Shown here: piece by piece, positions 14,059 through 27,050 of the stretch | Layout of the letters: each line of letters starts with the position of its first letter | Numbering within the stretch: position 1 is the first letter of the stretch | Assembly: GCA_951406725.2 (NCBI GenBank) | Contig: OX597825.1 | Span: 40,796,001 to 40,860,000 of the forward strand | From: Octopus vulgaris | Lineage: Eukaryota | Direction of reading: 5' to 3' | DNA: 64,000 nt | Notes under the pieces: generated by a model | The model's database searches: none | What the model saw: the letters and a program-made list of their open reading frames with translations, nothing else | What the model was told of the DNA's origin: nothing | Made by a program: the position numbers and the translations under genes

Positions 14059-16542
14059 ATATGGGAGAGATGAAATGGAATCCTCGTCACACCCTTCAAA
14101 TTGGCACCTTCTTTCATTTCCTATACAGTTGACTTTAATATTTATTTTTCTTTCATTATTTGTAATTGTCAATTTGGCATCATATTCTCTACCATATGAA
14201 CTCTGTTTTCACCCATTAACCATACCCCATTGATAATCTTAATTATACTTCAGTGACATTTCTCTTTTTTTTTACTGTTTTCATGTATATTCCATTAATA
14301 AGAGGTTTAATTTGCTTGTTTTGTTATCATATTTGTTGCTTTATTTCTTTTAATATTTCTTTTTCTTTTCTGTTGTTATAATTATTCAGAAATTCTTTTT
14401 TACTATTTAGAATTTTGTGATATTCTAGTTTCTTTTCCATTTCCATTTATATTTTGTTTTTCTTTTACAACAAAACAAATTTAAAAATACACACTCCATA
14501 CACAAAAAATAATAATATTAGAAATAAAGTTTAAAAATTACTATATTGAAACAAATGTTTATAATTTCCTTTTTCCATTATTTTTCCTATTATTATTTGT
14601 CTTGTTTCATTTATTGTTGTTTTGCAACAATAAACATCTGTTCTAACATCCATTAATGAAAAATATTGGTAAATTCATTTCCTCGGTTACAATGTTAATC
14701 AACTTAAATTAATTTCCTTTAGGTTTTTTAATAAAATTACTTCCCCACCCAACTGTGATACATTTCTTTTTTTTCCTCACCAGTCTATATTTCTCTTTAT
14801 GCTGATGTTTTATTCAAACCCTCCTTTTATCACTCTCAAGCATTTTTCCTTCTTTTTTATCTATTTACATATTTATTTATTTATTTATTTATTTATTTAT
14901 ATATTTATTTATTTTTGTCTTCAATCATTAATATTTTGTGATACAAGAGTGAAATAAATATATATATATATTATTTTCTCTAACTCTACGTAAGAACTTC
15001 CCCTCACTCAACTGAATTAAGTTCCTTTTCTATCTTTCTTCCTCATTCTATCTTTCTGTCTCTTTCCCTTTCACTCTCTCTCTTGCTTTATGTCTCTACT
15101 CCACTTGCTTTGCATTTCATTTCTTTCACTTCTACTTCTCTCTCTTTTCTCTCCCTTTTCTTTTTAACAACGTTTTCTTTTATTTAGAAGCATTTACAGT
15201 GCATTTTTGTTTTTCACTTTATCTTTCCAGTGAAACAGAATAATGAGGAAAAAAGGGAAATTATATTTCCTGTTTAAATAACTATGCATATAATATCACT
15301 GTGTGCAAATGCTACTTAAACTGTTTTGTTTTCCTACTGTCTTCTGATGTTACATTTCCTGCATTCACATCTGCCATTGTAGGTTGAGCTGTGAACATTT
15401 TTTCAATTCACTCATCTGTGTTTGCATACCTTCCTTCTTTGATTTTCTTCCTCGAATTTGTTATAAGAACATTTGATTTACTTACTCATTTTTACAAATA
15501 CCACAACAAGAAAGGAAATAGAACATATGTTCTTTAATAAATTACATGCATTTTCCACTAATTTCAACTCTCCATTTCAAATGATGGTTCACTTGGCTTT
15601 TACATTATGGCATGTTTTTAAAGAAGGTAAAGATAGAAGACAAGCAAGGCAACAAACAAACAGATACAGGCATCCACACAGATACTAATGGGGAGAAAAA
15701 AATATAAGCTGAAAGAGTAACCAAAACAAATGCAATGTGTGATTTCACTTCAGCCAATTTAGTATTGCAGTTTAAAGATAAAAGACTGTTATTATAGTAA
15801 CTTTGTTCACAGTGCTAAAGTGGCAAAAATGATAATGGGTCAGACAAAATAATGAAGGAATCAAGGAAATATTTTCTACATGGCTGCTCTTGTTGCTAAA
15901 TTTAGTACATATGTCTCACTCAAATTACACTATAGCCTCTTATAAAAGGAATGGTACATTACTAAATAATTATTATTATCAGAAAAACAAGATGATTATG
16001 GCTGGAATTGCTTTTCTCATGTGATAACTCAATGGAGACGGACTTGCTGTACAGAAATTTGTCTCCATTGCCCCTACATTTTATATTGAGAAATAAGGAG
16101 TGGATTTGTATTCTATATCACTCAAAGGAAAAAATAAAAACACGGCATCTATTGCAATTTATACAAATAATTATATACTCTACCTATAGAGTTATAATTT
16201 TATTAGCATAGTTAATCCCAATGTCTCTACTTTCAGTTGAATATATTCCAGCAAGTAACAACTAAATGGAAGTTTCAATATAATCCATGATTTTGGGTGA
16301 CCAAAATATATGAGAATATTCAAACAAAGTGTTATAAATGTAAAAAAAGAAACAACCCATTAAAGTCAACATCATAGAGACTATCACACCCCAGCCTGCT
16401 ACAATTTACAAGCAAATATCTAGTTCAAATTCCATTCTGCCGTCCTGGAAAGGGAGAGAAACCTTCTGTAATGAGGTCCTAGATATTCAGCATATACTAT
16501 TGAGAGGAGATCAAAATAACTATAATAGCGATACTTAGGGGC

Positions 16543-16738
16543 TTCAAATTTGGCACAAGGACAGCAATTTCAGGGGAGGGGAAATGTCGATTACATCAAC
16601 CCCAGTACTCAACTGGTACTTATCAACCCTGAAAGAATGAAATGCAAAGTCAACCTCAGCAGATTTTTAACTCAGAATGTAAAGACTAATGAAATACCAC
16701 TAAGCATTTTAGCTAGCAATTCTGCCAGCTCACCACCT
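16543..16738 (-). mobile_element. SINE family B (GCCTTTCATCCTTTCGGGGTCGATAA central domain), diverged
   Basis: Reverse complement matches 31831-32037 and 51308-51665. Confidence 0.7.
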
Positions 16739-17176
16739 TAAAAGCAATACTTATTGATAAGCTATACTAATCATGTTATCTGTTTACAGCAAGCTGCACT
16801 GATTCATTAAGAATTAAAATTCAATGACCTCTTCATTGATGCAATACAAACTGAAACATAATTCATGTCTGTAACATAGCCAGAAGAGCATAGCATGCAT
16901 GCTATTCTTCATAGCCTTTGAAAGGAAAGTTGCAGTGTTCCTAAGTTTCTGTGTTGCATCTAAATAGCTTCTGTTTGCAGATTTTACTGATCTCACTTCT
17001 GCCTTTAGAACATTGTTTTGCACTTATAAGTGTGTGTGTTTGTGTGTGTGTTTGTGTGTGTGTGTGTGCCTGTCTGTCTTTCTGTGTGTTTGATGTGTGT
17101 GATATGTGTGTGTTTATGTCTGTCCGTGTTTATGATGTGTGTATGTGTGTGTCTATTTGTCTATCTGTGTCTGTGA

Positions 17177-17218
<42 letters not shown>

Positions 17219-17778
17219 TGAAGATACCTAGAGAAATTTCTGACCATGATTGTTCAGTTGTTCTATAAATCATTCAATTAGCTTCTATGTGACTGAGTAC
17301 TCCATAGCAGGCATATGATATTAATGTAATTTGCAAGCAAAATCAGTGATACATATTTTGATAAAGGTGTATCTTTGGATTCCAATTCAAAAATGACTTT
17401 CTACATCCTATATATCTTTCCACATTCTCTGGAAAATGGGTCAACATGGTGCGATAGGAAATGACTAACCAAAGATGCTATGCAAGGAACTCAGAATGAA
17501 ACCTAATGTTTAAGAAGAAAACTTTCAAGCAGATCCCCCATCATGCACTTACAGGCATTATGTATCTGTATAAGACTATATATATATATATATGTACAAA
17601 GAGAAATGCATACATACATATTTCACATATATGTATTAAAGAATATTTTATACATGAATAGTATTAAGTCCTATAATTTATTGCTTCTCATGAATGAACA
17701 CACACACACTCACACACACACGCACGCACACACACACACATATATACATATAATATGTGGCAATCATTAAATGCCCTT

Positions 17779-19920
17779 CAGGCTTGGAGAAGCCGTTATG
17801 GAAAAACTGCTGTATGTGGAGAATGAATGGTAGGAGGAGAGCCTGCAAAAAGTTTACCCAGTAGAGGGACCAGCTATCCCAATAGAGAGCTCGCTAGCAG
17901 ATAAAGCAATTAAGGGTATGAATCCAGGAAAGCCCCCGGCCCATCAGGAATCACTGCTGAGATGCTTAAAACATCCGGTGGTGTGGGCTATGGCCTAGTC
18001 CCCGCATTGTAAACCAGGTAGTTCATAATGGAGTCATACACAATGACTATGGTGTAGCGGCACCATAGACAACTGCTACAAGGGTAAAGGTGATGCTCTA
18101 GATAGAAATAACTACAGGGATATCAAACTGCTGGATCAGGTGATGAAGGTCACAGAGAGGGTCATAGACCATCTCATTAGGGAGAGAGTCGGCTTAGATG
18201 AGATGCAGTTTGGTTTTGTTCCGGTTAGAAGCCCCACTGATACCATATTCCTGTTTCGACAACTGCTAAACATAAACCTCTCTACTTAGCTTTCGTGGAC
18301 TTGAAGAAAGCCTTTGACAGGGTCCCCCGATCCCTTATCTGGTTGGCGATGCGGAAACTGTAGATTGAGGAATGGTTAAAAAGGGCTGTACAGGCCCTAT
18401 ACAGAGAGGCCGTTAGTAAGGTTAGGATTGGCACGGAGTATAGTGAAGTCCCTTTTATTCATCATAGTCCTCCAGGCAATAACAGAGGAATTCAAGACGG
18501 GTTGCCCCTGGGAGGTCCTCTATGCCGATGACCTGACCCTCATAGCAGAATCACTACCGGAACTAGAAAAGAAATTTCGAGTGTGGAAGCTAGGGTTAGA
18601 ATCAATGTAGCAAAGACCAAAGTAATAGTAAGTAGGAAGGCGAACTCATCACACACACCCTCAGGTAGGTGGCCCTACCCGATCTGTAGAAAAGGTGTAG
18701 GTAGAAACTCCATAAGATGTACCCAGTGTAGGCTATGGACGCATAAGTGGTGCAGCAACATCAAAGGGAAATTAACCGAGAAGATAGCTTTCGTGTGCGG
18801 CAGATGCACAGGGACAATAGACACCACAGATAGCCAGAAAACAGATTCCCTCACACTCCAGGGGGAGAAACTAGAAGTAGCTGATAGTTTCCGCTACCTA
18901 GGTGACCAAGTTAGTAGCGGAGGTGGATGCTCAGAGAGTGTCAGCACTAGAATACGAATAGCCTGGGCAAAGTTTAGAAAGCTTCTACCCCTACTGGTGA
19001 TAAAGGGTCTCTCGCTCAGAGTGAAAGGTAGATTGTACGACGCATGTGTGCGAATTGCCATGCTACACGGTAGTGAAACGTGGGATGTGACTGCATAGGC
19101 TTGAAAGAAATGAAGCTAGCATGATCCGCTGGATGTGTAATGTCAGTGTGCACACACAACAGAGTGTAAGCGCCATGAGAGAAATGCTGGACATAAGAAG
19201 CATCGGATGTGGCGTGCAAGAAAGACGTTTGTGCTGGTATGGTCATGTACTTCGGATGGATGAGGAGAGATGTGTGAAGAAGTATCACTCCCAAACAGTT
19301 GAAGGAATCCGGGGTGGAGGTAGACCCAGGAAGACATGGGATGAGGTGGTCAACCATGACCATCGAACGTTGGGCCTCACAGAGGGAATGACGATAGACT
19401 GAGATCTCTGGAGATATACTGTGACTGCGAAGACCCGACAAATAACATAAGTTCATGGATGTTTCCTGCACCAGCAAATAACGTGAGTTCATGGCTGTTT
19501 CCTGCACATAGCTGCCCCAGCACATCCAAAGTATCTTTGATCGCAGGACGGCTTACTGTACTTACCTTGGATCGCAGGGTGACCTGCTGTGCTTGAGGAG
19601 ACCTATTGAGTCAAGTACATCAACATCAAAATAAAAATCAAATGGAAATTGTAGTTGTGATACCTCAGCCGGTGGCACGTAAAAAGCACCATCCGAACGT
19701 GACCGATGCCAGCGCCGCCTTGACTGGCTTCCGTGACGGTGGCTCATAAAAAGCACCAACCGATCGTGACCGTTGCCACCCTCCCCTGGCACCTGTGCCT
19801 GTGGCACGTAAAAAGCACCCACTACACTCATGGTGCAGCCTCCTGGCTTCCCAGACCCCGGTCGAACCGTCCAACCCATGCTAGCATGGAAAACGGGCGT
19901 TAAACGATGATGATGATGAT
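17779..19920 (+). mobile_element. 5'-truncated RTE-clade (BovB-like) LINE: disrupted RT ORF, 3' UTR and (GAT)n tail
   Basis: Translations GPSGITAEMLK, YKGKGDALDRNNYRDIKLL, EMQFGF, LYLAFVDLKKAFDRVPR, LYADDL, FRYLGD, MLHGSETW, RRLCWYGHVLRM, GRPRKTW. Ends ..GGCGTTAAAC followed by (GAT)n at ~19906-20. Confidence 0.93.
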
Positions 19921-19992
19921 ATACATACATGTATATATATGCATATATATGTGTGTGTGTATATATATACATACATATATATATATGTGTGT

Positions 19993-20545
19993 GTTTGCTA
20001 TAAAAACAAGTTATAACTCTGAAAAGTCTGAAAAGTCACACATCTCTCACTATATGTAAACCACGCTCGGAGAATGTAGTAAATATACTAAACACATCTA
20101 TATTTGCTACATTCTCCGTGAAAGTTTTCATATAGTGAGAGATGCGTGGTTTGGGGAGTTTTAAGTCTTCTTTATAGCAAACAGGTATGCTTGCTGGTCA
20201 CCTTTTTTTCCTTTTTTTTTTTTTTGAGGTTTTGATTTGAATTTTGAAGTTATACTTTCTCCCTAATGTTCGTTTGGAAGTCGCGAGACCTTTACCTGAA
20301 CAGACGCGCACGGAATGGTAAATATATTTTTTAAAATAGCTTACGTATTAAGCCTAGCTGATGAGCTTTAAGTATCATTCGGCACGAAACCAATTGATAC
20401 TGGGATATCTCCTCTCCTTTTACAATTTTTATAAATGGTGACGACTGTTTTTTTTTAGTATATTTGCTACATTCTCCGCACCTGTTTACATATAATGAGA
20501 GATGTGTGGGTTTTTGGGAGTTTTAACTCATCTGTATAGCAAACA
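19993..20545. mobile_element. Penelope-like pseudo-LTR-type arrangement (inverted plus direct ~90-bp copies) with a degenerate hammerhead
   Basis: 19993-20092 is inverted relative to 20100-20183 and 20455-20545. Hammerhead-like CCTAG-CTGATGA..CGAAAC-CAATTG-ATA-CTGGG at 20353-20404. Confidence 0.55.
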
Positions 20546-20682
20546 GTGCATATTGTACCCTTTAAATATATATTTTGCCTATTTGGATTATGTCTGCAGG
20601 GCACTTTATCATTATGTTTTTTTAAAGATAATAGCTTATTTGAATTTTGTATACACACACATACACACACACACATACACAC

Positions 20683-20764
<82 letters not shown>

Positions 20765-20956
20765 GAAATATTAAAATTACTAAGTCTCTCTAAAGAGATT
20801 ACGGCAGCGTTACTGGATATTAATAGTTATCGCCATACTAATATGGCAGTCTATAAATATAAGACTAAAGCTGTCGCTGATTAGCTCCAAGAGGCCATCG
20901 CCTCTAGCTAGCTATATGACACACGAACCTGCGTCCATTACATATATACAGATACA

Positions 20957-21530
20957 CAGGGTGTTCCAGAAGTCTTTTTTGTAATACTAATGATTTTTTC
21001 ATATTTTTTCAAATCCAGTAATGGCGTTCACTCAATCAGAAGAGCCAATAAGGACTTCATTTTCCAACAGGATGTGGCAGCACCGCACTGGAGCCTGTGT
21101 GTTACACAATATCTGAACACAACACTGCCAGACAGATGGATTGGACGGTCTGGGCGAGATGATCGTGTTCTCATGCCCTGGCCTCCCAGATCTCCAGATC
21201 TCACACCCTGCGATTTCTTTTTGTGGGCGTTTGTGAAAGGACTGGTCTATGTGCCTCCCCTCCCAAAAGACGTTGATGAACTGAAGGCCCGAATAACGAA
21301 ATTTGTTGCAACCATCGACAACGCAATGCTGGAACACGTTTGGCAAGAATTGGACTATCGTCATCATGTGTTCCGTGTGACCAACGGTGTTCCCATTGAA
21401 CATCTTTGAACATTCCATATAAAAACTTGAAGTTGCAGGCTTTCAGAATATATCTGATGCGTGTTTATTTCCTTAATAGTTTTCGAGATATTCAACGTGA
21501 AAATGTGCCCAAGACTTCTGGAACACCCTG
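20957..21530 (+). mobile_element. Internally deleted Tc1/mariner element of the rosa/DD41D-related group (46-aa D-D spacer), 574 bp
   Basis: Perfect 20-bp TIR CAGGGTGTTCCAGAAGTCTT / AAGACTTCTGGAACACCCTG. ORF 20990-21409 has FQQD..APH..RWIGR..WPPRSPDLTPCDFFLW..IEHL. Confidence 0.9.
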
Positions 21531-21604
21531 TTTATATATATACACACACACGCACGCAGATACACACACATATACATACGATATGTCGCATTTAATGTAT
21601 GAGG

Positions 21605-23385
21605 ATCCATGATGTTACTGCCGTGAGGCAGACTCGTCTGCAACCCTTGACAGGAGGAGATAAAGTTTTGTTTTAAAGACACCTACATCCACACCATGCT
21701 GATCTCTCAGATATTTTGGAAAGATATTGAAGAGCTGTGGGCCCTTGAAACACAAGTTGTTGTACCTGGTCCTGTAGTTTGTGTAACTTTCAGTGCTAAA
21801 CTTTGGTACCAGGCCTTCCAGGATTTTCCAGATGTATACCACTGCATATCTTTACCGCTTTCGTTCTTGGGAGGCGAGTTTTATCTCTTTCAACCTTTCT
21901 CAGTAGCTGATAGGTTTCATTCAGACGATTTTCTTTGTGTAGCTTCTTTGGATTACTTCGAGTTTCACCGTTTCTTTCATACTTTGTGGTGACCATAGTT
22001 GGGAGTAGAAGTTCAAGTGACTGAGGACGTATGCTCTCCAAAGGAACATCATAGTTTCCTATTCTCTCGTTTTGAAACTTCGGAAGAGCCATCCACCCAG
22101 CCGTCTGCATTTTATTATCAAATTAGTAATATGCCCCTGGAAAGGTGCATCACTACTTATGATAATGCCCAGATCACGCACTGATTTTGATTCAGGGATT
22201 ACGTTTCCTCCCGGGTCAGGGAATCCTGTCTGCATGTCATTCAGCTTTGTGTGTTGGTGGCGCAGGGCTTGGATTTTTCCTGAATTAAACTGCATGTTAT
22301 TGTACTTAGCCCACCTGCATATTTCGTTGCAGATGCGCAATATTTCCAGATTTTCTATTGCCTGAGAGACTTTTGTGTCATCTACATAGCTAGCGAGTGT
22401 GGCAATCTGAGCAGCTGAGGGCATGTCTTAGAGGGCCACTACAAAAGCAGAGACCCTAAGACAGTGTCCTGTGGAACAACACTTACTATTTGTGTTTCCT
22501 TTGTAGTGACTCCACTGCCTGACGTCTGTCTTTTACAAAGTTTTGTAGCCACTCGTCAAGTTTTCCGGCGATGCCGACATCATACATTTTGTGACATATC
22601 ATACCATGGTCGACTTTATCAAAGGCTTTTTCAAAATCGCGATATGTCACATCTACACTTAAATTGTTTAGCAGCTGTTTTAACACACAGCCACAATGTT
22701 GTAAGAGCCGTGTGAGGCAGCTTCGACGTGGTCGAAATCCATGCTGGGTGTCAGCCACCAAATTATTTTCTCCAAGGAACATGATTAGATTCTTGCGGAC
22801 TATTCGTTCCATGACTTTGCTGATTTGTGAGGTAAGAGAGGTAGGCCTTTAATTTTTAGCATCTCCCCATCTTCCTCCTTTATGGATAGGGCATATTATT
22901 CTTTCCTTCGGTTTGTCTGGGAGCTTACCACATATAAGAAAGCTCTGAGAACGATGTTGCAGTTGTTTTGGAAGAGCTCGTTTGCAGAATTTGAGAATTG
23001 TTGGGAATCCGTCAGGCCCAGCAGCTGAGTTTGTGTCAACATCATCTCTGGCCAGTGCTACATCTTTTTTGATGTTGACGTAATCAATTTTCACCTCCTT
23101 AGCTATAGGTAAATTGGTAAAGAATTATGTTGGTTTATTCACTTGCCTGAGTCACAGAAGGGTAGTGAACACACTGCGAAACTGTTCGTTCAGTATTTCA
23201 CTTATCGTCATTTGCTTACTCGTGAGGGAGCTATCTTTTTTGGAAAATGAGCCCTGTCTTGTGGCATACAGAGCCTGTTTATTAGCCAAAGTTAAAAAAA
23301 GCTTTAGGGTTCGACTTGATATTTGCTATAACCAAGGCTTCTTTATCTGCTCTCTCTTTTCTCAATCGCCAACAGTGCTCTCTTC
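21605..23385 (-). mobile_element. 5'-truncated CR1/L2-group LINE, RT pseudogene
   Basis: SAAGPDGFP, ICPIHKGG, N*RPTSLTS..KVMERIV, QHGFRPRRSCLT.LL, DFEKAFDKVDH, VPQDTVLG, YVDDTK, W..YNNMQFN.GK, VRDLGI, FRSFKTR, FNIFP..LR. Confidence 0.9.
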
Positions 23386-23418
23386 GTAATGTGTGTATAC
23401 GTATGTGTCAGTGTGTGT

Positions 23419-23765
23419 GAGGGCACGTGGCCTAGTGGGTAGCATGTTCCACTCATGGTCATAAGGTCTTATTTTTTATTCCCAACTGTCGATGCGTTGC
23501 GTTCTTGAGCAAAACACTATATTTCATGTTGCTCATGTCCACTCAACAGTAGATGGGTAACCTTGCGATGGAGTGGCTTGTCATTCAGGGGATTGTTGGA
23601 CAATAGAGCGGCAACATTCGAAAGCTACAACCATGTCAGGAAGCGCATTGTAACCAGCATTGTAGGGGATTGTTGGACAATAGAGCGGCAACATTCGAAA
23701 GCTACAACCATGTCAGGAAGCGCATTGTAACCAGCATTGTGTAACAATATCCGATAGTCGAGCTG
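23419..23765 (+). mobile_element. tRNA-derived SINE family C variant with a perfect 77-bp tandem duplication
   Basis: A box TGGCCTAGTGG; GTTCTTGAGCAAAACACT..CACTCA core shared with 62488-62822. 23587-23663 is identical to 23664-23740. Confidence 0.7.
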
Positions 23766-23838
23766 ATATAATATATATATATATATAGGGTACATTATTT
23801 ACATTGGACAGATATGTGTCGTCATCATGTTTGTTGAT

Positions 23839-23884
23839 ACCACAACGTTTCGGCTGATTTGCTCTCCAGCCTTCATCAGGTAAC
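23839..23884 (-). ncRNA. Minimal type I hammerhead ribozyme (core intact, weak helix I)
   Basis: Minus strand: GTTAC-CTGATGA-A-GGCTG-GAGAGCAAAT-CAGCC-GAAAC-GTT-GTGGT. Palindromic AACGTT helix III. Helix I has 2 Watson-Crick and 3 GU pairs. Confidence 0.7.
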
Positions 23885-23955
23885 AACAAAAAAGATTAGG
23901 ACAAATATCCGTCCAATGTAAATAACGTACGGAATTCTTCGTCTCTAAAATATAG

Positions 23956-24034
<79 letters not shown>

Positions 24035-24040
<6 letters not shown>

Positions 24041-25010
24041 GTTCCATAAAGAACGCCTAATTTGAATAGGCGACACTTTTGAAGCTTGAAGGCATGCTTT
24101 TATCATGTTGTTAACAATCTTTCTTCACTCCCATTAAAAGTTTCTTTTTCGTTTTTCAGGATAGTGTGCAATGTGTCATGGAACAGTTTACAAATGAGCA
24201 ACGTGTTCTCATCGGGAAGATATTTTACCAAAACGGAGAAAGTGCGACGCAAACAGCTCGTACACTTCGTACTATTTTGGGTAGAAATGAAGCACTCCAC
24301 GAGTCTACAGTTCAAAGACTAATGACGAACTTTAAAACAACTGGTTCTGTTGCAACGGCCAAATCACCTTGGCGGAATTGTTCTCGTCTGACAGAGCAAC
24401 ACATTGCTGTTATGTGAGATAGTATCACTCTTAACCCGGGAAAATCGATTCGCCACAGCTGGACATCCCGACCACTTCATTACATCGAATTTTAGATAAA
24501 AACCTACATATGCAAGTGTACAAAATTCAACACTTCCACAGCATCTTCATCCACCTGACTACTTGTGTGAATTTGCCAATAGACAGAATTGCCGGATTTG
24601 GGAAAATGAAAATTCTCAAATAATGAAAGTGCGTGAAATGCATCCACTGAAAGCGACACACACTGTGGGGTGTGGTTTTAGTGAAGGCAGAGTGCTTGGA
24701 CCGTTCTTTGAAAATAATGAGGAGATTGCAGTTACAATTAATGGAGAACGTTACCGATTTATGATATCCGCTCAGTTATGGCCAAACTTGGAAGATACGG
24801 AGATTGACAAGCTCTGGTTTCAGCAGAATGGGGCGGCCTGCAACACTTCGCGCCAAACGTTTGCATTAAACCATGAAAAATTTTCGCAACGAGTGATATC
24901 CTTGCATGGTGGACATTAATGGTCACCAAAGTCCGACGATCTTACCGCTTGTGATTTCTTCTTATCGAGGTATTTGAAATCAAAGTATACGTCAAGAAAC
25001 CATGCACAAT
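24035..25010 (+). mobile_element. rosa/DD41D Tc1/mariner remnant (left TIR and disrupted transposase; right end lost)
   Basis: TAGGGTGTTCCATAAAG after (TA)n. MEQFTNEQRVLI..FKTTGSV; NRQNCRIW; GPFF..TINGERY; WFQQN(D)-41 residues-DFFL, counting through an in-frame stop. Confidence 0.88.
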
Positions 25011-25395
<385 letters not shown>

Positions 25396-26454
25396 ATATA
25401 TATATATATATATAAACAGAGATAGATAGATAGGTAGATAATAGATAGGAAAGATAGACTGGTAACATCACGTAATAATTTAGATGTTTCTGTCTCCTAT
25501 TATACAGACAGAGAGACACTTAAATAGCAAACGAATGAGAAGTGTATGTTGATTGGAGACAAAGGTTCAGGTGATGGAAGGTGACGTAGTAGGTAATTTG
25601 ATCAAAATGAAATACAAATCTTTGTCGTGAATATTGCGAGAAACATATTATCGCTTACATTCATGATTCATATTCAAAGGAAGAAATCACAGAAAAAAGA
25701 CGTGATTCGCTTAGTTTTAAAATGGCGCAAACTCACACATACAAACACTGTTGAGTGGTATAATGGTCCTATCCTGAATGAATCGCGCATATAAATATTG
25801 AAAGGCTAGCATTTAAATAGGAGAGAGTCAGACATCAGAATGAGTGGAAGTCACAAACAAAAAAAAAAGGAAAAGAAAAATTAAAGAAAAATAAAATGAG
25901 AAAAGCAAGACGTTAAGTGTCTTATAACTAATCAGAACGGCAAAGTCTCCCAAGTATCAAGGGATTAAATAGATTGAATAGAAAGAATAGGATGACTATC
26001 AATCAAAACACAATTGCGGTCGATACTGAAATAACCTGTCATGGATATAAAAAATGATTATATATATATATATAAATATATATGGGGGGAGCTGTCTGTG
26101 TGTGTATAGATACTTATACATACATACACAGGGACGCACGCACACACGTGCGCGCGCATATGATGTCCATAAATATGTCATAAATGATTTGTTATGAAAA
26201 TTTTTGATAGACAAAATATATTAGGAGATTTAAGAATTATTGTCATAATGTTGGGAAATAAAAAGTGCAGAGCCTTTAGCTAAGACATTTATCATCGGTT
26301 TCTCCTATTGTTCTGAATGTACGTTCCATTTTCTATCAGTAACGTAACTGTCACTACTCTTTTGCGGCTTGAGTTTGCTAGTATCAAATAACAGCTAAAG
26401 TATGTACTATATATATCCCACACATGTATGTATACATATATGTATGTATATATA

Positions 26455-26525
<71 letters not shown>

Positions 26526-27050
26526 ATATGTATGTAGACTCACACACGCATACATATATACATACTTACACATATATACATTAATACATATACCATATAT
26601 GTGTGTGTGTTTATTTTTACTTAGACACATACGTGTATGTATGTATGTATGTGGTTTTATTATATTTCTTTCGTGAATTCTAAAATGCTTTTTGCTTGTT
26701 AAATTTTATTTCTTTATTTTACCATGTATTATCTTTCTGCGGTCGTTGACTTTAAAATGATTAAATGGTAGGCTTCCTAAACGTATAAATCTTCGTTTCA
26801 ATCAACTTTAATTTACTTGTTAATGTTTTTGATCTTTTTTTCAAATTCTCAACACATCTAATTGGTCCCATACATTGTAAAATGTGACAACCTTCTGTCA
26901 TGTCAGTTTTAAATGTTTATTTACTTATATGCAAACTAAATCTCACTTCACTATTTATAAACATTGCATTGTGGCCTAAGTACAACTTTGGTTACCACTA
27001 CATGAGACTCGGATTAATGATTTATGAATCTTTTCCGTTCAATGTATATA

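Noticed and set aside
15330-15600. Possible minus-strand host exon (GA|GTAAGT near 15487, short E/K-rich frame)
   Set aside because: No convincing acceptor, no recognisable protein and no partner exons; it cannot be supported without RNA data.
16882-16910. 16-bp perfect palindrome ATAGCATGCATGCTAT
   Set aside because: Isolated and built on a GCAT micro-repeat; likely slippage or chance.
19672-19819. Repeat-spacer pattern resembling a CRISPR array
   Set aside because: Eukaryotic LINE 3' UTR, only three 19-nt repeats, partly related spacers and no cas genes.
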